Source: Octopus vulgaris (Eukaryota). Taken from it: 64,000 bases of DNA. The DNA lies in NCBI GenBank assembly GCA_951406725.2, contig OX597825.1, positions 12,276,001 through 12,340,000 on the forward strand, in the 5' to 3' direction. Position numbers and translations under genes: made by a program. Below the pieces are notes generated by a model that did not search any database, was not told the DNA's origin, and saw nothing but the letters and a program-made list of their open reading frames with translations. Shown in pieces: positions 57,511 through 64,000 of the stretch; positions within the stretch are counted from its first letter, which is position 1; each line of letters opens with the position of its first letter.

Positions 57511-58607
57511 TCTATATATATATAAAACTCAACTTGTGTATCTGTGTGTGTCTCTGTATTAAACTTCCCGGCACATCTCCTCCTAGCCAACAAATCGTAG
57601 AACCACCAAAAATGGGTCACTTAAAGGTTAGGCGAATGAAAATTGAACTGCGCTATTTCTGTTCCGAAATTCATCTCGCAAGTGCAAAAATCGATAATGT
57701 GTTTGTTTAGGCCTTATCCCATGCATTGAATAGTGAACTTTACTCAGTCAGCTGTTTGACGTGAACTGTGTTCACCACGCGTGCAAGCATGCGTAAATTG
57801 CATGAAAAATATAAAATCAAGATATAAAAAATCGAATCGCCGTAAACATTGTAGAAATTCGGCAAAGAAATGAATTTTCAGGATGTAGCCTGGAGGGTTT
57901 TTTCGTATTAATCGTTTGGACTTTGTGAACACATACCAATCGTTTTCATAACATTTTAACGCTTTGAATTAAATGTGACCATTTTGCGTTGAATCTGCAG
58001 TTTGAATCACTTTAACCAAATCTTAGAAGGCCGGATTTTTGATTATCACGATACATCGCCAGTGGCTCCCTGAAACTCTACCCTGAAATCCCCGTTGAGA
58101 AATCTATATATATAAAACTCAACTTGTGTGTCTGTGTGTGTATCCGTGTGTGTGCCTGTGTGCTTAACTTTTGGATCTACTAAGTTTCATTATTAAGGAT
58201 GGAAAGTAGTGTGTAGCAAATATATATATATAAAGCTGAAGTTGTCTGTGTGTGGCAGGTTTTTAGCCTTCAACTACACTATCTCCTTCGAGACCCTGCA
58301 GCGCAAGTTGACCAAAATTCAGACTATGATAGAAGAGGGCTTGCTCTTCATTCTGTAGAAGACAAAATCCAAATCGAACCATGTTAACACCAAAAATTAT
58401 TTACATCAAAAAGGTGCTTTTTTTCCATGAAAATCTCTATTTTTTACGATTTTTGACTGCTGTGTCACCATTTCTCGATGTATTTCAACTGGGAAAATGT
58501 TCACTTGAAGAGAATAACAAGTTGCATAATGCAAAATTTTTACTTTTCAAAAATTTCAATTCTAAAGGGTCGAAACAAACACAAGCAACACCGGGTGATA
58601 CTGCTAG
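57511..58607 (+). mobile_element. Composite non-autonomous Helitron-like element(s)
   Basis: 5' ends A|TCTATATATATAAAA at 57511 and 58103, and a variant at 58221. The 3' end gcaacaccgggtgatactgCTAG|T is at 58607. No TSD. Confidence 0.62.
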
Positions 58608-58687
<80 letters not shown>

Positions 58688-58732
58688 GGCTAATATTCTG
58701 GGGATTTTGCGGGACCAATATAAGACCATAGA

Positions 58733-58922
58733 AAGGTGGAGAGCTGGCAAAATCGTTAGCACGCCAGGCAAAAAGCTCTGCGACGTTTCAAATTCCGCCA
58801 AGTCTGATTTTTTCCTTTCATCCAATCATAGTCGATAAAATAAGCACCAGTTGAGTCCTGGGAGGGATGTAACCTACTTATACCCTCAGCCGAACTTCCT
58901 GGCCTTGTGCAAAAATTTGTAA
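58733..58922 (+). mobile_element. Decayed SINE family B copy with the older tail type
   Basis: ggtggagagctggcaaaatcgttagcacgcc...ttcaaattccgcc...tggccttgtgcaaaaatttg. Confidence 0.8.
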
Positions 58923-59834
58923 GCTATATAAGTCCATAAACATATAAAAAGCAATCACCCGATATTTTGGAGCGTCTAGAATCCAGTCATTATTATATTG
59001 TTTGTTACAATCGAATACAAAACATAATCTTGTTAAGAGAAACGAACTTGACATAAACAGAATATTGAAAAACTTCGTAATTCGTTTTTTTTTTTGTATA
59101 TTCTTATACGACTCTAACGGTTTTCAAAATACATCTTACTCGAATACTTGTAAAACACTGCTCTTATATACTATTCACAATGGAACGTTCCAGATCAATA
59201 AAAAATATAACATTATCAAACATCTTATAATAGGTAAACATATTTTGCTGGGCTCGCTCGAACAGTCTTTTGTGTAGAATTCTATTAATAGTAACTCATT
59301 ATTATTTATCCCATTGTCTGTATGAATATTTCAATTAATTATCCCAAGTAAAGTCTACATTTTTTTTTTTTTTATTTATTAGAAAACTTTCTGCATAGAA
59401 GCAAAAGTCTGTTACGAGTTTAATTTCAACGCAGACAGTTTCACACATGACAAAATATAATTCTTGATAGAGCTGAGAAATTATTGATGTTATTTTGAAA
59501 AGAAGTTAACCGTGGTTTTCAAATGGAAATATACAAGAAACGTAAATAAAATTATGTGAAACAATTTCCTGTTGAGTCATGTTATTACCGCAATGCAATA
59601 CATGTCTTATGTTGAAATTTTCTAACTTTCTTTGATGTGTGGAACTTTTCAGGCGCAATTGTTATTGAAAATTATAATTCTTCAACTTCAAGAAATTCCA
59701 TCAACATGTTTTACGTTATATAATTTTGGAGGAATTGTAAATATGGAAATACAGCACATGGAAAAAGAGTCGTATTTTATCGAGTAAAAGCTAGCGACTG
59801 ATCAAAATTTGTTGATCTGTTTATCTTCATTTTT

Positions 59835-60170
59835 ACTAGTCGAATCAAATCGACCCCAGGACTTATTCTTTGTAAGCCTAGAACATATTCTATTAGTCTC
59901 TTTTGCTGAAACGTTAAGTTACGGGAACGTAAACAAACCGGCATCGGTGGTGAAGTGATGTTGGGGAGACAAACACAGACACACGAACACACACAAACAC
60001 ACACACAAACAAACACACATACATATATACGACTGGCTTCTTTCAGTTTCTGTCTACCAAATCCATTCACAAGGCTTTGGTCAGCCCTAGGCTATAGTGG
60101 AAGACACTTGCCTATGGTACCACGCAGTGTGACTGAACCCGGAACTGTGTGGTTCGTAAGGAAGCTACTT
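59835..60170 (-). mobile_element. SINE family A copy lacking the tail
   Basis: aaatcgaccccaggacttattctttgtaagcc...gactgaacccggaac. Confidence 0.88.
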
Positions 60171-60269
60171 GATTAGGATATAACTTAGGTTTACTTCTGT
60201 TCTATTTTCACCTACATCTTTCAAATATAAAAATTTGGTTTGTATAGATCTCTGATCCTTTCTCAACTA

Positions 60270-60360
<91 letters not shown>

Positions 60361-60415
60361 GTCTCTTTCTATATATATATGGGTGTGTTTGTATGCATGC
60401 AAATATACATACACA

Positions 60416-60472
<57 letters not shown>
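60270..60472. repeat. (ATCT)n and (TA)n tracts
   Basis: Seen directly. Confidence 0.95.
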
Positions 60473-60477
<5 letters not shown>

Positions 60478-60926
60478 ATGAGTGTGTATATACATATATA
60501 TGTGTATATGTATGTATGTACACATACTATTAGTGTCAGTTTAATTTTTACATTCATTGAATCCTCTGTTAACAGTTCTGTACACTACAATTACGTTTAT
60601 TATAATTTCTATGAATTTATTCCTGTAATAATCATTACCATAACAGTTCATTTATATAATTTATCTCATATCCTCCTATTAATCTTAATTTTGTCGATAT
60701 GTGTAATCACATAATGACTTCTGTGTTTGGCGTTTTATGATGATTTTACTTTGATCAAATATATTAGAATAATAAAATGAAAATGAACGCCTTTATACAG
60801 GCAGATGAAGCCATAAAGTGCCATATATTTGTCCGTTCGTCCTACCGCTTGGAACACGAATGCGACCGTGTATTTTAATTCTTACAGATTCTCCGGCAAT
60901 GAAACAAATTATTCAAATGATTGGTC

Positions 60927-61011
<85 letters not shown>

Positions 61012-61015
<4 letters not shown>

Positions 61016-61430
61016 CGTAGGAGTGGCTGTGTAGTAAGTAGCTTGCTTACCAACCACATGGTTCAGGGTTCAGTCCCACTACGTGGCAGCTTGGGCAAGT
61101 GCCTTCTACTATAGCCTCGGGCCGACCGAAGCCTTGTGAGTGGATTTGGTAGATGGAAACTGAAATAAACCCGTCGTATATATGTATATATATATGCATG
61201 TGTGTGTGTATCTTTGTGTGTCTGTATTTGTTCTGTCAACATCTCTTGACAACCGATGCTGGTGTGTTTGCGTCCCCGTAACTTAGCGGTTCGGCAAAAG
61301 AGACCGATAGAATAAGTACTAAGCTTACAAAGAATAAGTCCTGGGGTCGATTTGCTCGACTAAAAGGCGGTGCTCCAGCATAGTCACAGTCAAATGACTG
61401 AAAAGAATAAAAGAGTAAAGAGTAGAGAGT
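61012..61430 (+). mobile_element. SINE family A full-length reference copy
   Basis: A-box gtggctgtgtagtaag, B-box ggttcagtcc, CORE-like ggcagcttgggcaagtg, an internal TA/TG tract, a 3' hairpin cagtc-aaat-gactg and an (aaagagt)-like tail. Confidence 0.95.
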
Positions 61431-61577
61431 ATATATATATATATATGCTTGTGTGTGTGTTTGAGTAATATAAACTGTAGAATATGAAAGTTAATGAAAA
61501 AAGATTGATGACTTTTGTTTCATGCGATTCATCAAACTATTTCCACTGGTATTTCTCATTTAGCTGAAGGAAAATAT

Positions 61578-61703
61578 TACGATTTCGGTGCTGGAAAGTT
61601 GCTCAAATGGTTTAGCAAAAGACTTAGTTGGGGGCCAAACCATTGGAGTTCAGTTCAGGGCTTAAAAAACTGAAGAATCGTTGCAATAATTATATGAATC
61701 TGA
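61578..61703 (+). mobile_element. Partial mariner-derived MITE
   Basis: Similar to 34055-34185 (ggcccaaac...cttaaaaaactgaagaatcgttgcaataat..gaatctga). Confidence 0.6.
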
Positions 61704-61866
61704 TATTCACACGCCGCCACGCAGTGGGGATGAACCAGGAACCATGTGGATGGGAAGCTAGCTTCTTACTACACAGCGACGCCTGTGCCTATATGTGTCT
61801 GGCACGCTCAACCTGTCACGCAGTGAGGGTGAACCAGAAACTAAGGGGGTGGGAAGATAGCTTCTT

Positions 61867-62294
61867 TTTTTTTTTCTTGCCTAGAAGGGGCTAAACACAG
61901 AGGGGACAAACAAGGACAGACAAACGGATTAAGTCGATTATATCGACCCCAGTGCGTAAATGGTACTTAAATTATCGAACCCGAAAGGATGAAAGGCAAA
62001 GTCGACCTCGGCCGAATTTGAACTCAGAACGTAGCGGCAGACAAAATACCTATTTCTTTAATAACCACAAGGGGCTAAACACAGAGAGGACAAACAAGGA
62101 CAGATAAACGGATGAAGTCGATTATACCGTCCCCAGGGCGTAACTGGTACTTATTTAATCGACCCCGAAAGGACAAAAGGCAAAGTCGACCTCGGCGGAA
62201 TTTGAACTCAGAACGCAACAGTAGACGAAATACCGCTTAGCATTTCGCCCGGCGTGCTAACGTTTCTGCCAGCTCGCCGTGCTAACGCTTCTGC
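61867..62294 (-). mobile_element. SINE family B dimer with 9-bp TSD
   Basis: Junction aaaatacctatttc at 62043-62056; TSD tagcttctt at 61858-61866 and 62295-62303. Confidence 0.92.
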
Positions 62295-62489
62295 TAGCTT
62301 CTTACATCACAGCTAGGCCTATGTCTATATGTATCATGAGCTGCAATAACTGTGTGAATCTGACATGCTCAACGTGTCACGCAGTGAGGGTGAACCAGAA
62401 ACTTCGTAGGTGGAAAGCTAGCTTCTTACCACAGAGCTACGCCTGTGCCTATATTTATCATGAATCATATGCAATTACACATGCAAAAC

Positions 62490-62815
62490 GTGTGTGTATG
62501 TGTGGATGATGGTGTCAGTGCTAGTGTGTGCGAGGTGGTGTGATGTGGTGTGGTGGTGTGGTGTGGCACGACGTGGTGTGTTGAACTTTGGTGTGGTGTG
62601 GCGATGTTGGGATGCGAGGACGGGGTGTGGAGCTGTGAAGGTGGTGTGTGTGGATGTGTGGGTTTGGGGGGTGAGGATCTGCGGGTAGAGATGGGGTATA
62701 TGGGAGTGAGATGTGTGGTGGTGGGATGGGTGTGGGTGGTGTGGCGTGGTGGTATTGGAAGTCGTTGGGATGGAGGTGGTTAAGATATGTCGGGGTGGAG
62801 TGTAGTTGGAGGAGG
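62490..62815. repeat. GT/GTG-rich low-complexity tract
   Basis: Degenerate (GTGTG/GTG)n with G runs. Confidence 0.85.
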
Positions 62816-63352
62816 TAAGTCAAATTGAGGACGTAATGTCCTCTTTACGGATTATAAAATCCAGCGATCCACAGTTATCGATGATCTATTGGGAGAATTT
62901 TCGCAGTATGTACGGATAAACTGTCGCATTTACATTTTATATTAATATAAGGAAACGAAGAGTTAATGATGGAAACTTATTTTATTCGTATCATGTTAAT
63001 CACAATAAAATATAACGAATAAATGAATATAGATAAACTTTAAAGGAACATAAGCATATAAAAATTATTTGCTATATTTTATTGTGATGAACATGATAGA
63101 ACTAAAATAAGTATTCAGAATTAACTCTCCGTTTTCTCGTATCAATATATATATACACTCACATATATATACACACTCATATATATATATATAGATATAT
63201 GCGGAGTTTACGAAAAAAAGAAAAGACGAAGACAGTAGGTGTACCAAAAAAACCCAGATGTATTAGTATAACGCTCAGGAATAGAAAAAGTCCTTTACGT
63301 TTCGAAACTACGCTCTTCTACAGAAAGGGATACAGAAATAACAAGGAGAGAA

Positions 63353-63383
<31 letters not shown>

Positions 63384-63396
63384 CACACACACATAC

Positions 63397-63448
<52 letters not shown>

Positions 63449-63465
63449 ATATACATATATACATA

Positions 63466-63654
63466 TGGCCTCAGGCATGGCTGTTTTATAAGAAGCTTGC
63501 AGTCCAACCGCATGGTTCCGTGTTCAGTCCAACGACGGGCTACTTTGAGCAAGCGTCTTCTACTACAGTCTCGTGCCTACCAAAGCCTTGGAAGAAGATT
63601 TGGTAGATGGGAACTGAAAGAAACCCCTTGTGCATATATGTGTGCGTGTGTGTA

Positions 63655-63689
<35 letters not shown>

Positions 63690-63900
63690 TTTTGCGTCTG
63701 TGTTTGTGCTCCTCATACTATTTGAGAACTGGTGTTCGTATGTTTACTTCCTCATAACTTCGCGGCTTCTGCAAAGGAGACCGTTAGCATAAGTACTAGG
63801 TTTAAAAGAAAACAAGTCCCAGGTCGGTTTGTTAGACGAAAACCATTCAAGGCGGTACTCTAGCGTGGCCGCAGTCAACTAACTGGAACAAGAAAATTAT
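63466..63900 (+). mobile_element. SINE family A copy (older)
   Basis: catggttccgtgttcagtcc...gatttggtagatgggaactgaaagaa...gcgtggccgcagtc. Confidence 0.85.
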
Positions 63901-63916
63901 ATAAAATACGTATATA

Positions 63917-64000
63917 TAGGCGTAGGAGTGGCTGTGTGGCAAGTGGCTTGCTTATCAACCATACGGTTCCGGGTTCAGTCCCACTGCGTGGCATCTTGAG
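63917..64000 (+). mobile_element. SINE family A 5' end, cut by the window edge
   Basis: taggcgtaggagtggctgtgtgg...ggttccgggttcagtcccactgcgtggca. Confidence 0.9.

Overview
This is AT-rich, repeat-saturated eukaryotic DNA with no supportable host protein-coding exon, rRNA, true tRNA or CRISPR array. The repeat content points to an octopus (coleoid cephalopod) intergenic or intronic region; this is inferred from my recognition of the SINE families and was not verified by search. Almost all ORFs in the supplied track are microsatellite artefacts. Real content: (1) LINE fragments of the R4/Dong (several), CR1-like (2), RTE and probably Tx1/L1 clades, plus a Penelope-like RT. (2) Decayed mariner and Tc1 transposases, mariner MITEs and a composite non-autonomous Helitron. 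(3) More than 25 tRNA-derived SINE copies from several modular families. (4) Long simple and compound microsatellites. The most interesting signal is a set of small, apparently Penelope-derived inverted-arm elements docked at (TA)n/(CA)n tracts. One of them (11573-11793) carries a minimal hammerhead ribozyme with an intact fold and a compensatory G3:C8 core swap. Also notable are a SINE/CR1-LINE shared 3' hairpin with covariation, a dimeric SINE subfamily with a fixed junction, and a non-coding ~550-bp element associated with (AAT)n.
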